Positions 17,140 to 25,865 of a stretch of 63,620 nt of DNA are shown piece by piece. Origin of the DNA: a bacterium (lineage in GTDB: Bacteria > Planctomycetota > Phycisphaerae > Phycisphaerales > SM1A02); the NCBI GenBank assembly GCA_046337925.1, contig JBKCZS010000101.1:1-63620 (forward strand), in the 5' to 3' direction. How positions within the stretch are numbered: position 1 is the stretch's first letter; each line of letters starts with the position of its first letter. The notes under the pieces were generated by a model. It saw only the letters and a program-made list of their open reading frames with translations, made no database searches and was not told the origin of the DNA. A program made the translations under genes and the position numbers.

Positions 17140-18845
17140 CAGCGGAATTCCCGCGCGAGCGCGTCGACCGCGGCCTTCGCGACGCGCGCGCGGCAGGCCT
17201 CGCTCGACTCACGCGCGCACGACACCTCGATCACCGTCGCGCCGCCGCGCTTGAGCGCCTTCGCGACCGACTTCTTCATCGCGGCGCGCGTCGTGGGCGA
17301 TTCCGCGGCAAGCCCGAGCGCCTTCGCGACGGGCGCGAACGACAGTCCGTGCGGCGTCGTGAAGAGCGCCTCGAACACATCGGAGTGCTTCGCGATCGGC
17401 AGGTAGCGGAAGATGCCGCCCCCGTCGTTGTTGAGCACCACGATCACGAGCGGCGTCTCGACCATGGCGGCGAGCGACAGGCTGCTGAGGTCATGGAGCG
17501 CGCTCACATCGCCGACGAACGCCACGACGGGCTCGCCCGTTCCGATCGCGTGGCCTGCGGCGCTTGCGATCAGCCCGTCGATCCCGCTTGCGCCGCGGTT
17601 CGCGCCCGCGTGCCAGTCGCGCGGAGGATGGATCGCAAGGAAATCCGCGTCGCGGATCGGCATCGACGAACCGTAGAAGAGCGTGCCGTGCGTGCGCGCG
17701 TCGCCGCACGCGGCGGTCGCATCGGCGATCGCGGTCGGCTCGCACAGCGCGGTCTCGGCGACGAGCGCCTTCGCGGCCGCGCGCGTGGCGCACGCAAGCG
17801 CGCGCGTCCATCCCGCGTGAGGCTTCAGCCGCTTCGCGGCGGTGAACTCGACCGGGCCCGCGTACACCGCATCCGCGCGGTGCGCGGCGTCGACGCGCGG
17901 GTCGCCCGCACCGAACACCGTCACGCCCGAGGGCTGCGCGGCGATCCACGCGTTGAGGCGCTTCGACACGACCGCGTCGCCCACCACCGCGAGCGCCTTC
18001 GCGCGCAGCGCCTCGCGCAGCGCGGGGTTTCCGTCGCCTTCCGTCGCCGCGCGCAGCACGAGATCGGCGCCCGCCGTGCCCGCACCCGCGAGGTCGCTCG
18101 TCACATCGGCAAGCACCGTGCCGCGCCACGCCGCGAGCGACCGACGCGTGGCCGGCGCGGCACGGCCCGCGATCACGACCGCGCCGTCAATCTCGACCGG
18201 GCTCGCAAGCGGCGGCATCGCGAGACGCCACGGCGCATGGTCCTTCGTCCAGCGCGCGATTCCCCACAGCCAGCCGATGTCCCACGGCCGAGCCTCGGGC
18301 GCGAGCGGCTCGCGGAACTGCCAGTTGAGATGCACCGCGCCGCCCTGCGCGCCCGCGTGGCCGCACGCGCGCGCGAAGGCCTCGTCGACCGTCGACAGCA
18401 CGAACTCGGCGGGAATCTCGGTGCTCGGGCACGGCATGTCGAACGACCAGCGCGCGGCACCCGCAAGCAGGTTCGCCTGCGGAATCGCCTGGTTCGCGCC
18501 GCAGTCGCGCAGCTCGGGCGGTCGGTCGGCGGCGAACACCAGGAGCGGCGTGCGCGTCATGCGCGCCTCGACCATCGCGGGCAGCGCGTTCGCGACCGCC
18601 GTGCCGCTCGTCATGACCGCGACCGCAGGCACGCCCGTCGACTTCGCGATGCCGAGCGCCATGAACGCGCCCCCCCGCTCGTCGTGCGCGACATGGACGC
18701 GGATCCCGGCGTGGCGGCCGAACGCGACGGCAAGCGGCGCGCTCCGCGAGCCGGGACTCACGACCGCATGGCGCACGCCGAGGCGAAAGCACTCCTCGGC
18801 CGCGAGCATCGTCCATGCGAGGTTGATGTTGGGCGCATCGCGCAT
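17139..18845 (-). CDS. menD: SEPHCHC synthase (ThDP-dependent)
   Basis: N-terminus NINLAWTMLAAEECFRLGVRHAVVSPGSRSAPLAVAF and C-terminal ThDP-binding GDVSALHDLSSL...NNDGGGIF. Confidence 0.92.
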   Translation of the reverse strand: MRDAPNINLAWTMLAAEECFRLGVRHAVVSPGSRSAPLAVAFGRHAGIRVHVAHDERGGAFMALGIAKSTGVPAVAVMTSGTAVANALPAMVEARMTRTPLLVFAADRPPELRDCGANQAIPQANLLAGAARWSFDMPCPSTEIPAEFVLSTVDEAFARACGHAGAQGGAVHLNWQFREPLAPEARPWDIGWLWGIARWTKDHAPWRLAMPPLASPVEIDGAVVIAGRAAPATRRSLAAWRGTVLADVTSDLAGAGTAGADLVLRAATEGDGNPALREALRAKALAVVGDAVVSKRLNAWIAAQPSGVTVFGAGDPRVDAAHRADAVYAGPVEFTAAKRLKPHAGWTRALACATRAAAKALVAETALCEPTAIADATAACGDARTHGTLFYGSSMPIRDADFLAIHPPRDWHAGANRGASGIDGLIASAAGHAIGTGEPVVAFVGDVSALHDLSSLSLAAMVETPLVIVVLNNDGGGIFRYLPIAKHSDVFEALFTTPHGLSFAPVAKALGLAAESPTTRAAMKKSVAKALKRGGATVIEVSCARESSEACRARVAKAAVDALAREFR

Positions 18846-18857
18846 GCGCGGAAGGTA

Positions 18858-20255
18858 TCAGGTGGCGAGGCGCTCGAACGCGAGCAGCTTGTGGCCGGTT
18901 TCGCGCCATTCCTCGGCGGGATCCGAACCTTCCACGATGCCTGCGCCGGCGAAGGCGGTCAGCGTGTCGCCTTCGATGCGCGCGGAACGGATCGCGACCG
19001 CGATCTCCGCACCGTCGCGCGACGCAACGCCGATCGGGCCCGCATAGAGACCGCGGTCGAACGGCTCGAACTCGCGCAGCGCCACGATCGCGTCGGCGAC
19101 CGGAGCGCCCGCGACCGCGGGCGTCGGATGAAGAAGCCGGACGAGATCTGCGTCGGTCGTGCCCGCCCGCAGGTCCGCGTGGACGCGCGTCGCGAGGTGC
19201 TGCACATACGCGAGGCGCAGGAGCCGCGGCTCGGGAGCAAGCCGCAGCGACGCGGCGCAGCTTGCGAGCGCCTCGCGCACGCGCTCGACCACGAACTCCT
19301 GCTCGCGCCGGTCCTTCGCGCTCGCAAGCAGCGATTCGCCGAGCAGCCGGTCGGCCACGCCGTCGACGCCGCGCGGCCGCGTGCCCGCCACCGCCTCGCT
19401 GCGCGCGATGCGGCCGCTGCGCGAGACAAGACGCTCGGGCGTCACGCCGAGGAACGCGCGGCCGGCGCCCGCCTCGAGCAGGAAGCGGAACCCGCGCGAT
19501 TCGCGCGCAGAGAGCCGAGAAAGGACCGCGACCGGATCGAGCGCGCCGCTCGCGACATAGCGCCGCGTGCGCGCGAGCACGACCTTGCGCAGCGCGCCCG
19601 AGCGGATCTTCGCGAGACCGCTCTGCACCGCCTGCGTCCACTCCGCCTCGCCGCCGCCGTCGGAATCGCGCACGAGCGCCGGCTCGATCACGCACACATC
19701 GCGCGGCGACGCCAGCACCTCGAGGTCGGCGAGCACCTGCGCGCGGTCCGTGTCATGCGCGAGGTGCACCGCAAGCGTGGTCGTCTCCTGCTCGCGGCGG
19801 AGCTCGATCGCCGGAAGCGCGCAGCCGACTCCGCCGTACGGCTCCCACGCGGCGTCGCGCGCGCGCGCGGGATCGAACGGAAGCGCCACGAACCACGCGG
19901 CCGCGCGCGTATCGACGCCGCCGATCGCGACCTGCTCGAGCTCGGCGTGCGCGCCGAAGGCGGCCGTGGCCGCGACGCCCACCGAGGCGAACTCGAGCTT
20001 CGTGCTCCGGTCGCGGAAGTACCGCCGCGCGCCTGGAGGCGCGAGCCTGAGCCACGCGAAGAAGTCGGGCGCCTCTCCCACCGCACCGGCCGCCGTCTCA
20101 AGCCGAACGAAGGTGCCGGGCCTGACCTCGCCCACCATGCGCACCCGCTGCGCGAGTTCGCGCGCGTGACGCGCGAGCGAGCCGGGTGCACCGTCGTGCG
20201 GTGCGAGGCGTGAGGTCGAGCCCGTTGACATCGAACGAACAGCGTAGGGCAGCAT
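18858..20255 (-). CDS. menF: Isochorismate synthase
   Basis: Chorismate-binding C-terminal motifs are YAGPIG, GAGIVEGSDPAEEWRETGHK. It is the first gene of the men operon. An alternative ATG lies at 20231. Confidence 0.88.
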   Translation of the reverse strand: MLPYAVRSMSTGSTSRLAPHDGAPGSLARHARELAQRVRMVGEVRPGTFVRLETAAGAVGEAPDFFAWLRLAPPGARRYFRDRSTKLEFASVGVAATAAFGAHAELEQVAIGGVDTRAAAWFVALPFDPARARDAAWEPYGGVGCALPAIELRREQETTTLAVHLAHDTDRAQVLADLEVLASPRDVCVIEPALVRDSDGGGEAEWTQAVQSGLAKIRSGALRKVVLARTRRYVASGALDPVAVLSRLSARESRGFRFLLEAGAGRAFLGVTPERLVSRSGRIARSEAVAGTRPRGVDGVADRLLGESLLASAKDRREQEFVVERVREALASCAASLRLAPEPRLLRLAYVQHLATRVHADLRAGTTDADLVRLLHPTPAVAGAPVADAIVALREFEPFDRGLYAGPIGVASRDGAEIAVAIRSARIEGDTLTAFAGAGIVEGSDPAEEWRETGHKLLAFERLAT

Positions 20256-20303
20256 GGCGCTTCTGTCTGCGCTGTTTTTGCGGACGAAGCAGCGAGATGC
20301 CGC

Positions 20304-21044
20304 TTACAGGCCGTTCTGCGCGCTCGATGCGGCCTGCGCGGGCGACGCCTTCGGCAGTTCGACGGTCAGATCCCGTTCGACGGACAGATCCTCGAGCAAT
20401 TCGTGGATCGCCATCCCGACCGCGGCCGAAAGCGCCTCCGCCACCTTCCCGGGCTCGGCGGCAGCGATCGGTGCGGTGCCCGAACCGACCATCTGGTCGA
20501 CGAGCTTCGGTGCGCCCGCCCGACGGTCGAGGAGGTAGGCGCGCACGCGAACCACGGCCTTCGGCGCGTCCGGCTCGGAGAAGTCCGCGTAGAACGCCTC
20601 GATCACGCCTTCGATCGAGAAGTCGAAGCGCATCGCGACGCCTTCGACGCCGACCATCTCGCACCGCCCGGACTGCTCGAGCGCGCGCGCGAGCGCATCG
20701 GACATCATGTCGGAGGGATTCGCGATGAACCCTGCGTACGGATCCTGCCGCCAGGTGCCGTCGGTGTTGCGGTAGAGGAACGACTTGCCGTCGTACGGCG
20801 GAATCGCGCCGAAGCGCGTCACCATAAGCGAGCCGAGCTTCTCGCCCGCAAGCGGCACCTGCGGCGGAGGCGCGATCAGGTAGCTCGCGCTCGGCTGGAA
20901 TCCACGGTCGAAGAGCGAGCAGCCCGAGAGGCCAAGCGCGCAGACGAGCGCGAGCGCGCGGACAGGTGACGGCGATCGTTCGGCATGACGCGGCATGGAT
21001 GGCTCCGGCGCGGATGCGTGCGGGCGGTGCGGGACGAGGTTCAT
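20304..21044 (-). CDS. ABC-type transport auxiliary lipoprotein (PqiC/DUF330-like)
   Basis: Lipobox LALVCALGLSGC. The ATG at 21044 overlaps the stop of the Mce gene (ATGA). An alternative ATG lies at 20996. Confidence 0.7.
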   Translation of the reverse strand: MNLVPHRPHASAPEPSMPRHAERSPSPVRALALVCALGLSGCSLFDRGFQPSASYLIAPPPQVPLAGEKLGSLMVTRFGAIPPYDGKSFLYRNTDGTWRQDPYAGFIANPSDMMSDALARALEQSGRCEMVGVEGVAMRFDFSIEGVIEAFYADFSEPDAPKAVVRVRAYLLDRRAGAPKLVDQMVGSGTAPIAAAEPGKVAEALSAAVGMAIHELLEDLSVERDLTVELPKASPAQAASSAQNGL

Positions 21045-22189
21045 CGCTTGCCTCCGGGATTCGGCTGGCCCGGCGCGAGACGCGGCGGCGCATCGCCGAA
21101 GATCGTCTGTCCGAGGTCGTTCTTGGCGCTCGAGCTGAGTTCCTCGAGATTCTCCGCAGTCTGCCGCAGCGCCTCGATCAGCTGTCGCAGTTCGTAGCTC
21201 TCGCTCGCGAGGAACTCCTGCATCTGGCGCCCGATCGCGCGGTACTCGGCCACGGTGGCGGGCAGTTCGCCCGAGGTCTTCTCGAGACCGTCGAGGATTC
21301 CCGCGAGTTTCGGCGAGGCGAGGATCCCGTCGAGGCGCTCGGCCGCCTCGCGCGCGGCCTTCATCAGCTTCGGAACCTCTGCGATGCTCGCGCGCAGGTC
21401 GCCCGAGCCGTCGCCGATGAGTCCGCGCACATCGGCGGTGATCGCGGAGATGTCCGCGATGGTCTTCTCGATCGCGGGGTCCGCGAGCATCTTCTGCACG
21501 CGCTCGTTCGAGGTGCGCAGCTCGCCGATGAACGCCCTCGCGTCGGCAAGCATCGGATCGACGCGGCGGTTCACGACGCCGTCGATGTCTTCGATGGTGC
21601 GCTGCAGCGACGAGCCGATCGAGGCGAAGTCGACCTGCGAGAGGTTCGTCGCGATGACGCCGATCCGGTCGATGAGCTGGTCGAGGTTGCTCGGCGCGCT
21701 CGGCACATACGGATACGCCGGCGTGTAGCGCGGCTTGACGGCCACGAACTGCGTCGGATCGTTGAGATCGAGGTCGACGAAGAGGCCGCCCGTGAGGCCC
21801 GCCGAGGTCAGGCGCGCGCGCAGGCCGCGCGCGACGCCGTTCTCGAGGTCGTCGGTGAAGAGCTCGGTCTGCTCCGGGCCGAACACATCGAGCCTGACCT
21901 TCATGCGGATCACGACCGGACTCGCGAAGTCGAAGCTCGCGTCGTCGGTTCCTTCCTCGTTGTAGTAGCGGTCGGCGAACGCGATCGCGGTCACCTCGCC
22001 GATCGGCACGCCGCGGTACTTCACGGGGCTGCCGAGCTGCAGCCCGTTCACCGAATCGGTCGTCGAGGTCTCGATCGTGGCGGTCTCCTTGAACATCGAG
22101 CCCGACCCGAGCGCGATGACGCTGCCGAGGCCGAGCGCGACCGACACGAGCACGAAGACGCCGACCTTGAACTCCTTCGAGGCGCTCAT
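21041..22189 (-). CDS. MlaD/Mce-family substrate-binding protein with a long helical C-terminal extension
   Basis: SD AGGAG. The N-terminal TM helix MSASKEFKVGVFVLVSVALGLGSVIAL is followed by the Mce core GLQLGSPVKYRGVPIGEV. Confidence 0.85.
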   Translation of the reverse strand: MSASKEFKVGVFVLVSVALGLGSVIALGSGSMFKETATIETSTTDSVNGLQLGSPVKYRGVPIGEVTAIAFADRYYNEEGTDDASFDFASPVVIRMKVRLDVFGPEQTELFTDDLENGVARGLRARLTSAGLTGGLFVDLDLNDPTQFVAVKPRYTPAYPYVPSAPSNLDQLIDRIGVIATNLSQVDFASIGSSLQRTIEDIDGVVNRRVDPMLADARAFIGELRTSNERVQKMLADPAIEKTIADISAITADVRGLIGDGSGDLRASIAEVPKLMKAAREAAERLDGILASPKLAGILDGLEKTSGELPATVAEYRAIGRQMQEFLASESYELRQLIEALRQTAENLEELSSSAKNDLGQTIFGDAPPRLAPGQPNPGGKR

Positions 22190-22262
22190 CGAGGGGCTCC
22201 TGCGCGGCGCGGGCCGCGCGACGGGCGTGGGATGCGGATCATGGCGGAAGTCTGCTGCATGG

Positions 22263-23054
22263 TCATGATTCCTGGGTTGGAACGCGGTTGAGGAAGCGGC
22301 GCACCCACTCGTCGTCGGAGTGGTCGCGCAGTTCGGCCGGCGCGCCGAGCGCGACCAGCCTCTTGCGCGCGCCGTCGAGCATCGCGAAGCGCTGGCCGAT
22401 CGCGAAGATGCTCGCAAGTTCGTGCGAGATGATGACGAAGGTCGTGCCGAGCATGCGGTTGAGCGCCTCGATCATCGCGTCGAGGTCCGCGCTCGTCACG
22501 GGGTCGAGGCCCGCGCTCGGCTCGTCGAGGAAGATGATCGGCGGGTCGAGGGCGAGCGCGCGCGCGATCGCGGCGCGCTTCTGCATGCCGCCCGAGATCT
22601 CCGCGGGCTGCTTGTGCGCGTGGGCGCCGAGACCGACGAGGCCGAGCTTCGCGCGGGCGATGTCGTCCATCACATCGCCGGGAAGTTCGGTGAATTCCTC
22701 GAGCGGGAGCCGCACATTCTCGAGGAGCGTCTTTCCGCCGAAGAGCGCGCCGAGCTGGTACATCACGCCGAAGCGGCGACGCACGCCGCGGATCGCGTCG
22801 TCGTCGGCCGTGACGATGTCGACGCCGTCGATCGTGATCGAGCCCGCGAGCGGCTTCCGCAGCGTCGTCAGGCACGAAAGCAGCGTGGTCTTGCCGCAGC
22901 CCGAACCGCCGCCGATGAAGAGGATCTCGCCCTTCAGGATGTCGAGGTCGATTCCCTCGATGATCGGCCGGTCGTAGCCGATCGACACCCCGCGCAGCGC
23001 GATCGCGGTCTCGCGCGCGGTCGGTGTCGATGTGTGTGCGGCCGAAGCGGTCAT
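22263..23054 (-). CDS. mlaF: ABC transporter ATP-binding protein (MlaF-like)
   Basis: Walker A GGSGCGKTT, signature ISGGMQKRAAIARAL and Walker B IIFLDEPSAGLD. Confidence 0.88.
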   Translation of the reverse strand: MTASAAHTSTPTARETAIALRGVSIGYDRPIIEGIDLDILKGEILFIGGGSGCGKTTLLSCLTTLRKPLAGSITIDGVDIVTADDDAIRGVRRRFGVMYQLGALFGGKTLLENVRLPLEEFTELPGDVMDDIARAKLGLVGLGAHAHKQPAEISGGMQKRAAIARALALDPPIIFLDEPSAGLDPVTSADLDAMIEALNRMLGTTFVIISHELASIFAIGQRFAMLDGARKRLVALGAPAELRDHSDDEWVRRFLNRVPTQES

Positions 23055-23063
23055 GTGCGGGCG

Positions 23064-24194
23064 CTAGATCCCAAGGGTGTAGAAGAACGAGCCGAGGATG
23101 CTGTCGGCGATGATGATGGCGACGATGCCCGCGACGACGGCGCGCGTGGTGCTGAGGCCGACGGCCCCGGGCCCCTGCCCCGTGCGCAGGCCCGACAGGC
23201 AGCCGATCGTGGCGACGAGGATCGCGAACACGGCGGCCTTGACGAGTCCCTGCAGGAAGCCGCCGACGGTGAGCGCCTGGCGCACCTCGTCGGTGTACTG
23301 CGTGAGCGTGAAGCCCTCGGGCGCGAGGATCATGTAGCCGCCCGCGACGCCGAGGATCGACGCCCAGATCGAGAGGAGCGGCGTGACGAGCGTGGTCGCG
23401 ATCAGCCGGGGGATGACGAGGAACCGCACGGGATCGATGCCGAAGGTCCGCATGGCGTCGAGTTCCTGCGTCACCTTCATGGTGCCGATCTCCGCCGCGA
23501 ACGCGCTGCCCGAGCGGCCGGCGAGGATGATCGCGGTGATGACCGGCCCGAGCTCGCGCACGACCGACACCGCCACGACATCGGCGACCTGCAGCTTCGC
23601 GCCGTACTTCGCCATCGGGTCGAAGGTCTGGAACGCGATGATCGCGCCGATGAGGAAGCCGAGCAGGCCGACCACCGCGATCGCGTCGGTGCCGTGGCGC
23701 GCCATCGCGGCGATGGTGTCGCCGACGCGCAGGTGCCGCGGATGGCGCACGAGATGCGCGCCCACGAGCGTGATCTCGCCGACGAACCGCACGAGGTCGA
23801 GCACGCTGTTGCGCACGGCGAGCGACGCGGCGCCCACCTCGCGCACGACGCCGGGCGCCTTCGCAGGCTCCTGCGGTTCCTGTCCACGCAGCGCGAGGTC
23901 GAGAAGCAGCCGACGGTCCTTGTCGGCGCCCGTGACCTCGAAGCCGACGCCCGCGCCCTTCGCGAGCCGGAAGAGGAACACCGCCAGCGACACGCCCGAC
24001 GCGTCGAGATGCGTCACCTTCGAAAGATCGAGCGCGATCGCGCCGCCGACACGCGCGGGAAGGCGGCGCGCGAGCGTCTCGCGCACGCGGCCGATGGATT
24101 CACCGTCGAGCGCGCCCTCGGGCGCGACGACCACGCGACCGGCCTCTTCCGAGACGGTCAGCGGCGCATCCGTGCCCGCGCTTCGTCGCGCCAT
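23064..24194 (-). CDS. mlaE: MlaE-family ABC permease with an N-terminal STAS domain
   Basis: The first ~110 aa are STAS-like (LDLSKVTHLDASGVSLAVFLFRLAKGAGVGFEVTG). They are followed by MlaE motifs RELGPVITAIILAGRSGSAFAAEIGTMKVTQELDAM. Confidence 0.88.
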   Translation of the reverse strand: MARRSAGTDAPLTVSEEAGRVVVAPEGALDGESIGRVRETLARRLPARVGGAIALDLSKVTHLDASGVSLAVFLFRLAKGAGVGFEVTGADKDRRLLLDLALRGQEPQEPAKAPGVVREVGAASLAVRNSVLDLVRFVGEITLVGAHLVRHPRHLRVGDTIAAMARHGTDAIAVVGLLGFLIGAIIAFQTFDPMAKYGAKLQVADVVAVSVVRELGPVITAIILAGRSGSAFAAEIGTMKVTQELDAMRTFGIDPVRFLVIPRLIATTLVTPLLSIWASILGVAGGYMILAPEGFTLTQYTDEVRQALTVGGFLQGLVKAAVFAILVATIGCLSGLRTGQGPGAVGLSTTRAVVAGIVAIIIADSILGSFFYTLGI

Positions 24195-25028
24195 TCAGCG
24201 TCCCGCCTGCTTCGCCGCCTCGTAGACCGCCATGGCGCGCGGCATGAGCGCGTTGAGCCGCGCGGCGCGCTTCTCGTCGCTCGGGTGCGTCGAGAGGAAC
24301 TCGACCGGCTTCTCGCCGCCGAGCGCGGACATCTTGTTCCAGAAGGTGACGGCCGCGCGCGGGTCGTACCCCGCGTCCGCCGCGATCATGATGCCGATCT
24401 GGTCCGCCTCGGCCTCTTCGTTGCGGCTGAACGCGGTCTCGCCGAGCGCGCCGTAGCCGGCCAGCACGCCGTCGACGAGCTCGGGGTTCACCTGTCCGGT
24501 CTCGTTGAGGATGCCCGCCGCGATCTCGACCGCCATGGCGCGCGACACGCGCTCGCCGCCGTGCCGGGCGATCGCGTGCGCGGCCTCGTGGCCCATCACG
24601 ATCGCGAGTTCGTCGTCGCTGGTCGCCACCTTGAGAAGGCCCATGTTCACGCCGCTCTTGCCGCCGGGCAGCATCCAGGCGTTGACCTCGGGCGTGTCGA
24701 TCAGCGCGAACTGCCACTGGAAGCCCTCGACCGCCTGCGGGTAGCGGCGGGTCGAGGCTTCGGCCACACGCTGCCCGACGCGCTGGACGCGCGCGAAGTC
24801 GGGCCCGGAGGCGATCGTCTTGGCGCCGGCCAGCATCTCCGCGAACGCGGATTCGCCCAGCTGGTTCTCTTCCGACGGCGACAGGAGCAGCATCTGGCTG
24901 CGGCCCGTCTCGGGCGCGGTCTGGCAGCCGCCGAGCGCCCCCGGGAGCAACGCGGCCACGGCCAGCGCGATCGGCGCGAAGGTGCGTCCCCGAGCCACTC
25001 TTCCATGCAGGCAGCAGTTTGTGAACAT
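24195..25028 (-). CDS. M48-family zinc metallopeptidase lipoprotein
   Basis: Lipobox LPGALGGC. HEAAHAIARH plus EEAEADQIG. The stop abuts the mlaE start. Confidence 0.85.
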   Translation of the reverse strand: MFTNCCLHGRVARGRTFAPIALAVAALLPGALGGCQTAPETGRSQMLLLSPSEENQLGESAFAEMLAGAKTIASGPDFARVQRVGQRVAEASTRRYPQAVEGFQWQFALIDTPEVNAWMLPGGKSGVNMGLLKVATSDDELAIVMGHEAAHAIARHGGERVSRAMAVEIAAGILNETGQVNPELVDGVLAGYGALGETAFSRNEEAEADQIGIMIAADAGYDPRAAVTFWNKMSALGGEKPVEFLSTHPSDEKRAARLNALMPRAMAVYEAAKQAGR

Positions 25029-25180
25029 TTCGGCACCTCCAAGGGCTCGATTTGCCCGTGCGGCGGCAGTCTACCGACGAAGGCGGCGCATCGCGGCGCG
25101 CGGACGACCGGCCCGTTCGGAGAATTCTCCGTGCCAAGCAAGCCTCCCCGCTTCGGCACGCGCACGCTACGCTTCCCGCC

Positions 25181-25846
25181 ATGCAACCCCGCTCCATCGC
25201 CCGCCGCGGCAACTGCCTCGTCACCGGACTCATCGGCATCGGTGTCCTCGGACTCCTCTTCCTCATCGGAGGCGTGATCCTGATCGCGATCCAGGGACCG
25301 AAGGCTTCCGCAGGCTTCAAGCCGCTGAGCGACTTCAGTTCGAAGGGCGAGTTCCTCGAGGCCCCGGGAACCGTCGAGACCACGCTGGCCGCAGGCAACC
25401 TGGTCGTGGTGCTGTCCTCGGGCAACCCGGCGGTGTTCCCTCCCGAGAAGACCCCCAAGACGCCGATCCCGGCTCCGCCGCTCGGCGTGACCTACACGGT
25501 CACGGTCACCGGTTCCGATGGCAAGGCGATCGAGTTCAAGTCCAACAACGAGACGCGCGACCTGGCTGATCCGTTCTACCTCCTGGGAACGGCAGAGATC
25601 CCCGCAGACGGAAGCTACAAGATCGAGGTCAAGGCATCCGACGACAAGACGCCCGCGGGGATCGTCATCGCCTCGATGGCGTCGGCAGACTTCGACACGA
25701 TGAAGTCGGCGGTCTTCCCGCTCTTCTGGAGCTTCATCGGCTGCGGCGGCGCCTGCTGCGGCGGCCTGATCGGCCTCCTCGGACTCATTGGCGCGATGAT
25801 CGCCAAGAAGGTCTCGGCTCCGCCGGCCGATCCGCTCGCGCTCTGA
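25181..25846 (+). CDS. Hypothetical membrane protein (N- and C-terminal TM helices flanking a beta-rich domain)
   Basis: ATG at 25181. TM helix CLVTGLIGIGVLGLLFLIGGVILIAI and a Gly/Cys-rich C-terminal TM helix. Third-position GC is high. I recognise no family. Confidence 0.6.
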   Translation: MQPRSIARRGNCLVTGLIGIGVLGLLFLIGGVILIAIQGPKASAGFKPLSDFSSKGEFLEAPGTVETTLAAGNLVVVLSSGNPAVFPPEKTPKTPIPAPPLGVTYTVTVTGSDGKAIEFKSNNETRDLADPFYLLGTAEIPADGSYKIEVKASDDKTPAGIVIASMASADFDTMKSAVFPLFWSFIGCGGACCGGLIGLLGLIGAMIAKKVSAPPADPLAL

Positions 25847-25865
25847 CGCGGCGCAGCACCGGGCA

